A DNA stretch of 64,000 nucleotides, taken from positions 20,873 to 84,872 of the forward strand of contig CAMDTN010000004.1 in NCBI GenBank assembly GCA_945907755.1, read 5' to 3'. The translations under genes were made by a program, and so were the position numbers. This DNA is from Singulisphaera sp. GP187. Its GTDB lineage: Bacteria > Planctomycetota > GCA-002687715. The notes beneath the pieces were generated by a model that ran no database searches, was not told the DNA's origin, and saw only the letters and a list, made by a program, of their open reading frames with translations. Every line of letters starts with the position of its first letter. Within the stretch, counting starts at the first letter, position 1. This document shows, in pieces, positions 20,676 to 29,129 of this stretch.

Positions 20676-22006
20676 GCACTCCAACGATGGACCTGTTGAT
20701 CACTGGTGCACAGATCTTTCATGAGGGGGCGCTGCGCCGTGGAAACTTGGCTGTTGCGGGCGGGCGCATCGTGCTCGTCGGTAATGAAACGCCGGCCGCG
20801 GCGCAAGTGATTGATGCCCCGGGCTGCTGGGTGTTGCCGGGCATGATCGACACTCATGTGCATTTCCGCGAGCCGGGGCGCACGGACAAAGAGGACTTTG
20901 AATCCGGTACGCGGAGCGCGGTGCTCGGCGGCGTCACCAGTGTCCTCGAAATCCAAAACAACGAACCGTTGATCACCGATGTGGACAGTCTGCGCGCCAA
21001 GCATGCGTTGGTGGGGCCCAAAGCGCGTTGCCATTACGGCATCTACGCCAATGTGGGCTTAGAAAACCTGCACAAATTGCAAGCGATGGCCGCTGACGCC
21101 TGCGCCTTCAAGGTGTTCATGACGCAAAGCGTGGGCCCATTGACCGTCACTGGCATCGGCGATCTGTGGCGCGCAATGCAAGCCGTGCGGCCAACCGGGC
21201 GCGTACTGGCGGTGCATGCCGAAGCGGACAGCGTGTGCAAGGTGGCGAAGGAAGGCCTTCCCGATGACTTTGCATCGCACGCGCGCTCGCGCCCTGCGCT
21301 CGCCGAAGCGATAGCGGTAGGGGAGGCGCTCGAACTGTGCGCCGCCACGGGCACCCCCATCAACCTCGCCCACCTTTCCACCGCACGTTCAGTGGAACTC
21401 GTAGCGGACGCCAAACGCCGGGGGTTGCCGATCAGCGCAGCCACCTGTGCGCATTATTTGGCCTGGACCGAAGCCGACACCGCACGCAGTGGAAGCGTGT
21501 TCAAGGTGAATCCTCCGATCAAGTCAGAGTCCGACCGCGTGGCTTTGTTGCAAGGCCTGCGCGACGGCTGTATCGATCATTTGCACAGCGACCACGCGCC
21601 GCACACGCCCGCAGAGAAATCCCTGAGTTGGCGGAAGTCCCCGTCGGGCATCGCAGGGATTCAGCACCAGTTGCAGTTCCTGTTGCAACTCGAACGCACT
21701 GGCGAGCTGCCGTTAGCCGATCTTGTGCGCTGCACAGGCACTGCGCCCGCCGCGGCATTTGGCCTGCGCGAGCGCGGAGAGATTCGCACGGGGTTCCATG
21801 CGGACATCGTGCTGGTGGACCCAAACCGCGCCGTGGTCGTGACACGCGAGGATTTAGCTACCCGGGCAGCTAACACGCCGTGGATGGGGCACCGGTTTGA
21901 ATCTTCGATTCGCGCGACCATCGTGGGTGGGAGAGTCGCTATGCTGGATGGCGTTGTTTCCGAAGGTTTTCATGGGCAGCGTCTTCAGCCCGCCACGGTG
22001 CCGTGA
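20672..22006 (+). CDS. pyrC: Dihydroorotase (cyclic amidohydrolase family)
   Basis: Start at ATG 20672 (ATGA overlap with the tyrS stop). Metal-binding MIDTHVHFREPG. Typical amidohydrolase length (444 aa). Confidence 0.85.
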   Translation: MSTPTMDLLITGAQIFHEGALRRGNLAVAGGRIVLVGNETPAAAQVIDAPGCWVLPGMIDTHVHFREPGRTDKEDFESGTRSAVLGGVTSVLEIQNNEPLITDVDSLRAKHALVGPKARCHYGIYANVGLENLHKLQAMAADACAFKVFMTQSVGPLTVTGIGDLWRAMQAVRPTGRVLAVHAEADSVCKVAKEGLPDDFASHARSRPALAEAIAVGEALELCAATGTPINLAHLSTARSVELVADAKRRGLPISAATCAHYLAWTEADTARSGSVFKVNPPIKSESDRVALLQGLRDGCIDHLHSDHAPHTPAEKSLSWRKSPSGIAGIQHQLQFLLQLERTGELPLADLVRCTGTAPAAAFGLRERGEIRTGFHADIVLVDPNRAVVVTREDLATRAANTPWMGHRFESSIRATIVGGRVAMLDGVVSEGFHGQRLQPATVP

Positions 22007-22075
22007 AGACGGCTCAATGGCAGCGGCCATGGCTTCGGTAGTGCAAAGACCAGTGTTCGCTGGAAGGAGTCGACT

Positions 22076-23551
22076 ATGTTGCGCCTTTCGCTGGCTGTGG
22101 TGTGCTTGTGCGCGCTCGTTCGTGCTGACGACATCACGCTGAAAAACGGGACCGTTCACAAAGACCTTACTTTGGTGAAGGATGGCACGAAGTCCATTGA
22201 GTTTGTCACTCTGGATGGGCGGAAGCTGAGCTTCAGTAAAGACTCCATCAAAGAGCGCATCGTCAAGGCAACGGCCTTAGACGAGTTCAAACCCAAGCGC
22301 GCCGCGCTGAATCTGAAGGACAAGGCCGCGGTCTTGACTTTGGCAGCTTGGGCCAAGGAGCAAGGCATTTCGCGCGAAGCAACGCTCTTGTTTGAAAGTG
22401 TGTTGAAGCAGGATGGCGAAGATCAGGCGGCGCGTGCAGCCTTGGGTTTCCGCAAGATTGATGGCAAGTGGATCACGGAAGCAGAAGCCGCGAAAGCTGA
22501 TGCCGTCAAGCTCGAAGCCGCCTACAAGAACCGCGGCTGGAGGAAAGTGAAGGATCGCTGGATGCGCCCGGTGGATGCTTTCCGCGCGGAAAAAGAAATG
22601 GTGCAAGTTGATGGGCATTGGGTGCTGCCTGCTGTCAAGAAGAAAATTGACGAATCCAAACTGAGCTACGCCGAAGGCGAATGGCTGAACGCCGAAGACA
22701 AGGCGCGCTTCGACCAAGGCCTGCGCAAGCAAGGCACTAAGTGGCTGCCCTTAGCAGACCTTGACACGGCCCATGCGCAATTCACCGACCCATGGAACCT
22801 GCGCAGCGAGCATGTGCACTTGGTGACAACCTTGCGCCACGAGCGCGCGATGAAAGTGTTGGCTGTCGCGGAAGATATTTACTCTGGCATGGCCGCAGTG
22901 TTTGGTGAGCACCAGGATCTCTACGACAAGCGCGGTCGCTTGCTGCTGATGATGGGACGCGGCGTGAAGGCCTATCAAACTCTTGGAGCGGGTTTCGGGG
23001 GCAGCGATCGCGAAGCGGAGCACTCTTCAAATTACGGCGTGTTCTTCAGCGCAAAGATTCTCAGCGGCGCCGCCGCCGGTTACGACAACGATGACGACGA
23101 CTGGATGCGCGTATGGGTGGGCCATGGGCTCGCGCATGCGTTCCTCGACCGCTACAAACCGGAAGAAATGCTCGATGAGCGCATGGTGGAAGCCTTTGCT
23201 GGTTACGCATCCGGACTGCACGCCGGCAGTTGGCAACCGACTTGGTGGCAATGGGCCCGTTGGTTGAAAGAGACAACCATGCCAGAAGCCACACGCATTC
23301 TCGATGTGGTCACCTACAGGGATGACAAGTCATTGGCGGCCAGCGGCTTCTTGCTGCATTATTTGCAGCGTCGGAACCCCGCTGCTTTCTCCGCGTTCTG
23401 GGAGGCCTTCGCAATGGGCCGTGGGAACGCACTGGATCTACTGACGGCCTGTGCCGGCACCAACGGCAAGCTGGACGCGAAAGCCTTGGATGCGGAATAC
23501 CAGCAGTACTTTCAAAAGGAACGGGCCACCTTCAAGCCCTGGGACAAATGA
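22076..23551 (+). CDS. Hypothetical secreted protein (491 aa)
   Basis: Signal peptide MLRLSLAVVCLCALVRADD. GGAG lies 8 nt upstream of the ATG. I recognise no domain. The C-terminal half contains WVGHGLAHAF. Confidence 0.6.
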   Translation: MLRLSLAVVCLCALVRADDITLKNGTVHKDLTLVKDGTKSIEFVTLDGRKLSFSKDSIKERIVKATALDEFKPKRAALNLKDKAAVLTLAAWAKEQGISREATLLFESVLKQDGEDQAARAALGFRKIDGKWITEAEAAKADAVKLEAAYKNRGWRKVKDRWMRPVDAFRAEKEMVQVDGHWVLPAVKKKIDESKLSYAEGEWLNAEDKARFDQGLRKQGTKWLPLADLDTAHAQFTDPWNLRSEHVHLVTTLRHERAMKVLAVAEDIYSGMAAVFGEHQDLYDKRGRLLLMMGRGVKAYQTLGAGFGGSDREAEHSSNYGVFFSAKILSGAAAGYDNDDDDWMRVWVGHGLAHAFLDRYKPEEMLDERMVEAFAGYASGLHAGSWQPTWWQWARWLKETTMPEATRILDVVTYRDDKSLAASGFLLHYLQRRNPAAFSAFWEAFAMGRGNALDLLTACAGTNGKLDAKALDAEYQQYFQKERATFKPWDK

Positions 23552-23868
23552 TGCGACGCTGCCACAAATGCGGGCAGGCTTACAAAGAGCCAGCGCAGCC
23601 AGGTTTCAACAACCTCTGCGCCTGCGGTACAGCGTTGCATGCCTGTGCCAATTGCCAGCACTATGTGCCGAAGGGCAAGCTGTGGTGCCTGAAGCCGGGG
23701 ATGCCGGAGATCCGCGATCCAGCCGCTGCCAACCGTTGTGACGGGTTTGAGTTTTGCAGCGACCACCGCGAGGGTGGTAGCGGACCAATTGGCCCACGCA
23801 CAACCGGAGGACTGGACGACGGGCCCGACGCAGCACGCAAGCGTTGGGAAGATCTGTTCCGCGAATAG
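23548..23868 (+). CDS. Cys-rich zinc-ribbon-like small protein (106 aa)
   Basis: CxxC...CxC...CxxC...C...C...C pattern (RCHKCG, CACG, CANC). ATGA overlap with the upstream gene. Confidence 0.6.
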   Translation: MMRRCHKCGQAYKEPAQPGFNNLCACGTALHACANCQHYVPKGKLWCLKPGMPEIRDPAAANRCDGFEFCSDHREGGSGPIGPRTTGGLDDGPDAARKRWEDLFRE

Positions 23869-23956
23869 CCCGCGTGCCGTCCATACATAACAATGATTAT
23901 CGGACGTTGTGCATCTGCGCAATGCGCTGTTCCTAAGCTTCCTGGAAGTTGCTGTT

Positions 23957-25189
23957 TCAGCCCCGCTTCGTCGCGGCTGCGACGTAGTCCGTCAACTTGT
24001 GGAACTGCTTGTGCAGGTCGTCTTCTGCCACCCCAACGGGGGCTTTGAAGAACACTGCGAGGTGTTCGAGCGCGCCACGCTCGCCCCTATCCGAGGCCAA
24101 GACAGCCAGGCGCACCATGTCCAGCACTAACGGCGCGGCCAAGATGCTGTCGGTGCCAGCCCATGTGAATTGCAACGACATGCGATGCCCGAGGAACCCG
24201 GCAAAATGCACGAAGTCCCAAGCGGTCTTGTTGTCTTCCAAGCTGGGCACGTAATCGATGCGTACCAGCGAGGTTGGCGCGTACCCCAAAATGCGCTGCA
24301 AGATGCCGTCCTTGTTGCGGATCTTCGAGGCCCGGTGCGCAGGGTTTGCCAACACTTGGCCATCCCGGTCGCCCAGCAGGTTGTAGCCCAGCCATGACAG
24401 CACTTTGAGGTTGCGATAACGGAACATCGGCGCCAATGCGCTCTTCACCAGCGTCTCGCCTGTCTTGCCGTCGTTACCCATGAACACCACACCGGCTTCT
24501 GTGGCCAGTTCGCGCACTGCGGCGCTGAGCATGCCTTCATTGGGCGTGAAGTTGATGATGGCATCGGCTTCGAGCGCAGCAGCCGCTCCGTAGAGTTCTG
24601 AAGCTCGTAGGCGCCGGTCGTTGGCAGCGATTGCTTGCAGCAGTTTGCTACCGCTCTTGCGGAAAGGCGCTTCAGGCAGCAAGGGTTCGGTGCTGGCGGC
24701 GTTCACCACAACCAAGCGGCGCAGTTTCTGCGAGCGCCGGAATGCCTTCAAATCGCTGCGCAATTTGGCGAACACGGTTTTGGGCGAACCGTGCAAGCAC
24801 GCGCGCTCTTCCGTGAGCGCTTGCACCGCTGGGCCGCAGTTGATCGCGACACCGGGTTTGACGTTGCGCTCGCTGCGCGCCAATGCTGGGCGCACCGCTC
24901 GCAGCGCGGCATCAGGAAAACTGTGCGTCGCCAGTTGGATCGCGCTGGCACTGTCCCACAGCGAAGTTCGGCGCACATCGTGCCCGCCGAAAATAAACTG
25001 CTTCGCATGCGGCAACGGCAGTTCCGCAAACTCCGGTGTGCTCGTGATCAATCCCGTGCTGTCCGTAAGTCCGCGCGCCAGCATGTGCGTTCCGGTGATC
25101 AGCGTTGTGGCTAAACCACCGCGTGCACCGATGATCCAAATGCCAACTTTTCCTGTTGCCGTGCTCATGGGTTCTGAGTGTTGTAGCAA
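23957..25189 (-). CDS. ino1: myo-Inositol-1-phosphate (inositol-3-phosphate) synthase
   Basis: N-terminal Rossmann motif KVGIWIIGARGGLATT. Conserved NDGKTGETLVKSALAPMF...LGYNLLGDRDG block. The start may be the internal MSTATGK. Confidence 0.85.
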   Translation of the reverse strand: MLQHSEPMSTATGKVGIWIIGARGGLATTLITGTHMLARGLTDSTGLITSTPEFAELPLPHAKQFIFGGHDVRRTSLWDSASAIQLATHSFPDAALRAVRPALARSERNVKPGVAINCGPAVQALTEERACLHGSPKTVFAKLRSDLKAFRRSQKLRRLVVVNAASTEPLLPEAPFRKSGSKLLQAIAANDRRLRASELYGAAAALEADAIINFTPNEGMLSAAVRELATEAGVVFMGNDGKTGETLVKSALAPMFRYRNLKVLSWLGYNLLGDRDGQVLANPAHRASKIRNKDGILQRILGYAPTSLVRIDYVPSLEDNKTAWDFVHFAGFLGHRMSLQFTWAGTDSILAAPLVLDMVRLAVLASDRGERGALEHLAVFFKAPVGVAEDDLHKQFHKLTDYVAAATKRG

Positions 25190-25210
25190 CTTGCTCAGTG
25201 CAAACGGCTG

Positions 25211-26875
25211 CTATGAAATGCCGGTGCCATCGCGCAGCCAGTCGTGAAAGGCCCTGCTAGCGGCCACCAGCGGGATGCGGCGCCCTGTTCCGAAGGCCTT
25301 GGCGGACACCTTGAGCCCAGGAGCTGCCTGACGCCGCTTGTGCTCGCTGCCGGCGACCAAGCGCAGCACCTGTTCCACCAGCGCTGGTTGCAGCAATGGC
25401 GCCGCTTCAATAATCGCCCGCGCACCCATGCCGTTCTCGATGTGAAATCGCAGGATTTGATCCAGCATTTCATAGGGCGGCAAGGAATCTTGGTCGGTCT
25501 GATTTGGCCGCAACTCCGCACTCGGTGCCTTGTCGATGCTTGCGCGTGGCAGTAGTCCTTCGGCCGCGTAGCCCTCTGCAAGCGCGTACACCTCTGTCTT
25601 CCATACATCGCCGATGGGCGCGAGGCCGCCGCACATGTCGCCATAAAGCGTGCAGTATCCCGTGGCCAGTTCGGACTTATTTCCCGTCGTGACCAACATC
25701 CAGCCGGTGCTGTTGCTCATGCCCATCAGCAGTAACCCACGCACGCGGGCTTGCAGATTCTCTTGCATGAGACCGAACGGTTGCGTTCCGAGCACTCGTT
25801 CCAATCCCGATAATGCTGCGCGGTTGGTCGCGTCAATCGGTAACTCGTCGGACGGCATGCCTAAGGCCTTCGTCAGCGCACGAGCATCGGTGAGGCTCCC
25901 CTCGGAGCTAAATTCGGACGGCAACAACAACCCGCGCACGCGTTTCGGCCCGAGCGCCTCGGCACACAAACATGCGCACACCGCAGAATCGATGCCGCCG
26001 GATAGCCCCAGCAACACGCCTGGAAAGCCACACTTGTTGACATAGTCGCGGATCCCCAGCACCAACGCTGCGCGCACTTCAGCAACAGACCCCGCCACGG
26101 CGCTACTGGCCACTGTGTGGCCGAGCACAACTGCACTCGAACAGTGTGGCCCTTGCGCAATCACACTGCCGTCCGCACGCAGCACCACGGAGTTCCCATC
26201 GAAGATGAGTTCGTCGTTCCCGCCAACCAAATTGCACAATGCCACGGGCACGCCCAAGCGCAGCGCCGTGCCATGCACCAGTTCATGACGCACTGCGGGC
26301 TTGCCGCGGCTGTAAGGAGACGCGGACAGGTTGATGATCAGCTCCGCCCCAGCCGCCACAGCGCTGGCCGCCGGATCGAGGCTGTAGCGCGGCACTTCCA
26401 AGTCTTGCTGCTGCACCCACAGGTCTTCGCAAATGGTGACTCCGATTCGAGTGCCAGCCACAGTGACCACCGGGCCCTGTGGCCCGGGTTCGAAGTAACG
26501 GGCCTCGTCGAAGATGTCATAGTTCGGCAGCAGCCGCTTCTCCCACCTAGCCCGCTCTTGGCCGCCTTCCAGCAACACCGCAACATTTGAGAAAGGACGC
26601 CCTCTCCCAGTCCGAAGGGCGACCGTACCCACTATGAGTGGAATGCTGACCTCCCCCGCCAAGGCGCGCATTCTGTCTGCGGCGGCTTCGACGAATCGTC
26701 GCCTGAACAGGAGATCTCGTGGCGAGTACCCAACTAAGGCCAGCTCTGGCGTTACCGCTAACTGAGCGCCGGCAGCGGCCGCTTCATGGGCCGCGGCAAG
26801 GATGGCCGCGTAGTTCCCGTCGATGTCCCCTGGGGTCGTGTTCAGCTGCAGCAAGGCCACCCGGGAGAGGTCCAT
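25211..26875 (-). CDS. nadE: Glutamine-dependent NAD+ synthetase
   Basis: N-terminal CN-hydrolase domain (VTPELALVGY). C-terminal PP-loop synthetase domain (GLSGGIDSAV). 554 aa. Confidence 0.93.
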   Translation of the reverse strand: MDLSRVALLQLNTTPGDIDGNYAAILAAAHEAAAAGAQLAVTPELALVGYSPRDLLFRRRFVEAAADRMRALAGEVSIPLIVGTVALRTGRGRPFSNVAVLLEGGQERARWEKRLLPNYDIFDEARYFEPGPQGPVVTVAGTRIGVTICEDLWVQQQDLEVPRYSLDPAASAVAAGAELIINLSASPYSRGKPAVRHELVHGTALRLGVPVALCNLVGGNDELIFDGNSVVLRADGSVIAQGPHCSSAVVLGHTVASSAVAGSVAEVRAALVLGIRDYVNKCGFPGVLLGLSGGIDSAVCACLCAEALGPKRVRGLLLPSEFSSEGSLTDARALTKALGMPSDELPIDATNRAALSGLERVLGTQPFGLMQENLQARVRGLLLMGMSNSTGWMLVTTGNKSELATGYCTLYGDMCGGLAPIGDVWKTEVYALAEGYAAEGLLPRASIDKAPSAELRPNQTDQDSLPPYEMLDQILRFHIENGMGARAIIEAAPLLQPALVEQVLRLVAGSEHKRRQAAPGLKVSAKAFGTGRRIPLVAASRAFHDWLRDGTGIS

Positions 26876-26923
26876 TCGGGCTCAGCATAGGTGCAGCGGG
26901 CCTCTCAACCAGCCTCGCAAAAC

Positions 26924-26959
26924 GTTACCGTTCGGTAACAAGTGCGCGTTTCGGTAACA
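26924..26959. promoter_or_regulatory. Candidate protein-binding site: 16-bp palindrome plus a third half-site
   Basis: GTTACCG-TT-CGGTAAC at 26924-26939. TTCGGTAACA is repeated exactly at 26931-26940 and 26950-26959. The site is 49 bp upstream of the nadE start and about 165-180 bp upstream of the sigma-54 promoter at 27104. Confidence 0.45.
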
Positions 26960-27103
26960 CTTTCCAACTTGAAAACGGCCTCACGCGACTACCCACAAGT
27001 GTCAGGAAAAGTAATCTGAACGGCCATAAATAGCATTGGCGCAATGGGATGCAGCAGACTCGCTCTCATTTATCAAGTTTTTCGGCCCCAATTTGACCCC
27101 ATT

Positions 27104-27119
27104 TGGTACGGGACTTGCT
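27104..27119 (+). promoter_or_regulatory. Sigma-54 (-24/-12) promoter
   Basis: TGGTACGGGACTTGCT versus the consensus TGGCACG-N4-TTGCW, with one mismatch and exact GG-N10-GC spacing. It is intergenic, 66 nt upstream of ATG 27185. Confidence 0.6.
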
Positions 27120-27184
27120 TACATACCCCTCGCTGGAACTCACACCCTGTGAAAGAACCAGCGAACCACACGGAGATGATGAAC

Positions 27185-29122
27185 ATGCGCAAGACAGTGT
27201 TTGCAGCGGCGACGGTCCTCGCTCTCGCGATGATCGCCGAAATCGCGCTCGCCCACGGCGGCACCTATCAGGGCCCCGCAGGCGGCGGCACCCCGGGCTA
27301 TAGCGGCCCAATTGGGGGTGGAACCATTGGACCTCAGCCAGGTGGCACAACGCCTCCCTCGACGGGTGGCGCAACGCCGCCTCCCGCGGGTGGCGCAACG
27401 CCGCCCCCGAGCTCGGCACCCACGCCTCGCCCTGCGGCTCGCGGCACCGGCCCTGCCGGTGGTCGTGGCTTCGGCGGCTCCACGGGTGGCCGCGCGAAGG
27501 CCAAGGTCGAAGACCGCACCACCGATTGGGATTGGTGGTGGGATCTGAACGAAGAGCGCTTCTTGATGCTCAAGAACAAAGTTCGTTCACAGGAAGCCAG
27601 CTCGGATAACAAGGACACCTTCCTCGGTGGTTCCTTGGGCGGCGGTGCCTCTAAGGTGACCACCACTCAGATCCGCAAGGACATCCTCCCCAGCTTGCGT
27701 CTCGCACTGAAGGACCCCTACTACGACGCACGTGCAGGTGCCGTGATCGCGTTGGGCAAGGTCGGCGACAAGACGATGCCTGAAACCCTGAACGACCTCC
27801 GTGCGATGCTTGCTGACAAGGACAAAATCGTCCAAGAGTCCGCGTGCCTCGCGTTGGGCGTGCTCGGCAACAAGGAATCCTTGGCGGACCTGCTCGATGT
27901 AGCCAAGAACACCAAGACTGGCCAGAAGCTCGCAGGCAAGGAGGGCGCTGAAGTCCCGACTCGCATGCGCTCTTTCGCCGCTGTGTCCATCGGCCTGATC
28001 GGTGGCCGTGAAGGCTTCGGCGCTGGCGAGAACTACATCAAGGAACTGGTGACCATGGCTACCACCAAGGCCCCCAACCAAGATCTCCAGGTTGGCCCCG
28101 CGGTGGCGCTGCAAGTTGCGAAGTCGCAAGAAGCGGTGCCGGCGCTGATCGCCATGTACAAGGATGAAGATTTGGATAAGTGGGTGCGCGCACACGCCGG
28201 TGTGGCTCTGGGCAAGATTGGTGCCAAGGCCGCGATTCCTGAGCTGGTGAAGGGTTTGGATGACAAGGAGGGCTTCGTTGCCAACTCCGCCGCCATCTCC
28301 CTCGGCCTGCTCACGGACCCCAGCGACCGCGAGACCATCAACAAGCTCATCCGCTACGCCAAGAGCGCTCCTGAGCGTTCGACGCGCAACTTCTGCATGA
28401 TCGCGCTGGGCGAAATCGGCGATGCCAAGGGCAAGGCTCTCCTTCTGGAGAACCTGAGCAAGGGGCAAATGCACGATCGCACCTTCTCCGCACTGGCCCT
28501 CGGCATCATGGGCAACAAGTTCGAAGAAGGCCGCAGCGAATCCGGTCAGGCGCTGCTCGCGACCTACAAGGATCTGAAGAGCGACCAAGAGAAGTCGGCC
28601 ATGGCCATCGCCCTCGCATTGTGCGAGTACGAACCGGCCCGTGCTGCGCTGGCAGAAGACCTCGTGAAGGGTCAGGGCAACCAAGACCTGAAGGGTCACC
28701 TCTGCACCGCGCTGGGTCTGCTGAACCATGCGGACAGCATCCCCGCGATCCAGGAGCTGGCACGCCAGAAGGGCGACCAAGATCTGCGCAAGCGCGCTTC
28801 CATCGCACTCGGCCTGTTGAAGGACCCGGATGCAGTGGATGTGCTTGAGAAGGTCATTCGCGAGTCTGGCGCCAGCAAGGCGATCCTCGGCGCAGCCACT
28901 GTGGCCCTCGGCTACATCGGCGACCGCCGCGCTGTGCCTATCCTCGTCGCCATGGTCGAGAACAAGGCTGGTGAAGTGCAGGACGTGTCCCGCGCTTTCG
29001 CCACGGTTGCTCTCGGCTTCCTCGGTGACAAGGACGACATCCCATGCTTGTCCAAGATTCAGGAGAACTCCAACTACCTCGCTCAAACCGAGGCGTTGGC
29101 TGAGCTCTTGACCATCCTCTAG
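27185..29122 (+). CDS. Exported HEAT-repeat protein 1 (signal peptide, Gly/Pro-rich linker, Trp-rich motif, about 12 HEAT-like repeats)
   Basis: Signal peptide MRKTVFAAATVLALAMIAEIALA. The ATG is 9 nt after GGAG. A low-complexity GGTPG/TPPP region is followed by DWDWWWDLNEERF. Repeated A..ALG.iGd..a.p.L units (PBS-lyase HEAT-like) follow. Confidence 0.8.
   Translation: MRKTVFAAATVLALAMIAEIALAHGGTYQGPAGGGTPGYSGPIGGGTIGPQPGGTTPPSTGGATPPPAGGATPPPSSAPTPRPAARGTGPAGGRGFGGSTGGRAKAKVEDRTTDWDWWWDLNEERFLMLKNKVRSQEASSDNKDTFLGGSLGGGASKVTTTQIRKDILPSLRLALKDPYYDARAGAVIALGKVGDKTMPETLNDLRAMLADKDKIVQESACLALGVLGNKESLADLLDVAKNTKTGQKLAGKEGAEVPTRMRSFAAVSIGLIGGREGFGAGENYIKELVTMATTKAPNQDLQVGPAVALQVAKSQEAVPALIAMYKDEDLDKWVRAHAGVALGKIGAKAAIPELVKGLDDKEGFVANSAAISLGLLTDPSDRETINKLIRYAKSAPERSTRNFCMIALGEIGDAKGKALLLENLSKGQMHDRTFSALALGIMGNKFEEGRSESGQALLATYKDLKSDQEKSAMAIALALCEYEPARAALAEDLVKGQGNQDLKGHLCTALGLLNHADSIPAIQELARQKGDQDLRKRASIALGLLKDPDAVDVLEKVIRESGASKAILGAATVALGYIGDRRAVPILVAMVENKAGEVQDVSRAFATVALGFLGDKDDIPCLSKIQENSNYLAQTEALAELLTIL
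27364..27411 (+). repeat. Tandem 24-nt duplication inside the low-complexity linker of HEAT protein 1
   Basis: GGGTGGCGCAACGCCGCCTCCCGC followed by GGGTGGCGCAACGCCGCCCCCGAG. This encodes (T/A)GGATPPP twice. Confidence 0.85.
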
Positions 29123-29129
29123 TTCGGTC

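Noticed and set aside
23869-23956. Possible bidirectional terminator between the zinc-ribbon gene and ino1 (CGTCC...GGACG, CTTCC-T-GGAAG).
   Set aside because: The stems are only 5 bp, with either a very large loop or a 1-nt loop, and there is no U-tract.
28212-28226. Perfect sigma-54 consensus on the antisense strand inside HEAT gene 1 (plus strand GCAAGATTGGTGCCA, which is TGGCACCAATCTTGC on the minus strand).
   Set aside because: It lies inside coding sequence that encodes the recurrent HEAT motif LGKIGAK, is antisense, and has no downstream minus-strand gene. It is most likely a by-product of codon and motif composition. It shows that single hits can arise by chance, so the intergenic sites need a genome-wide background estimate.
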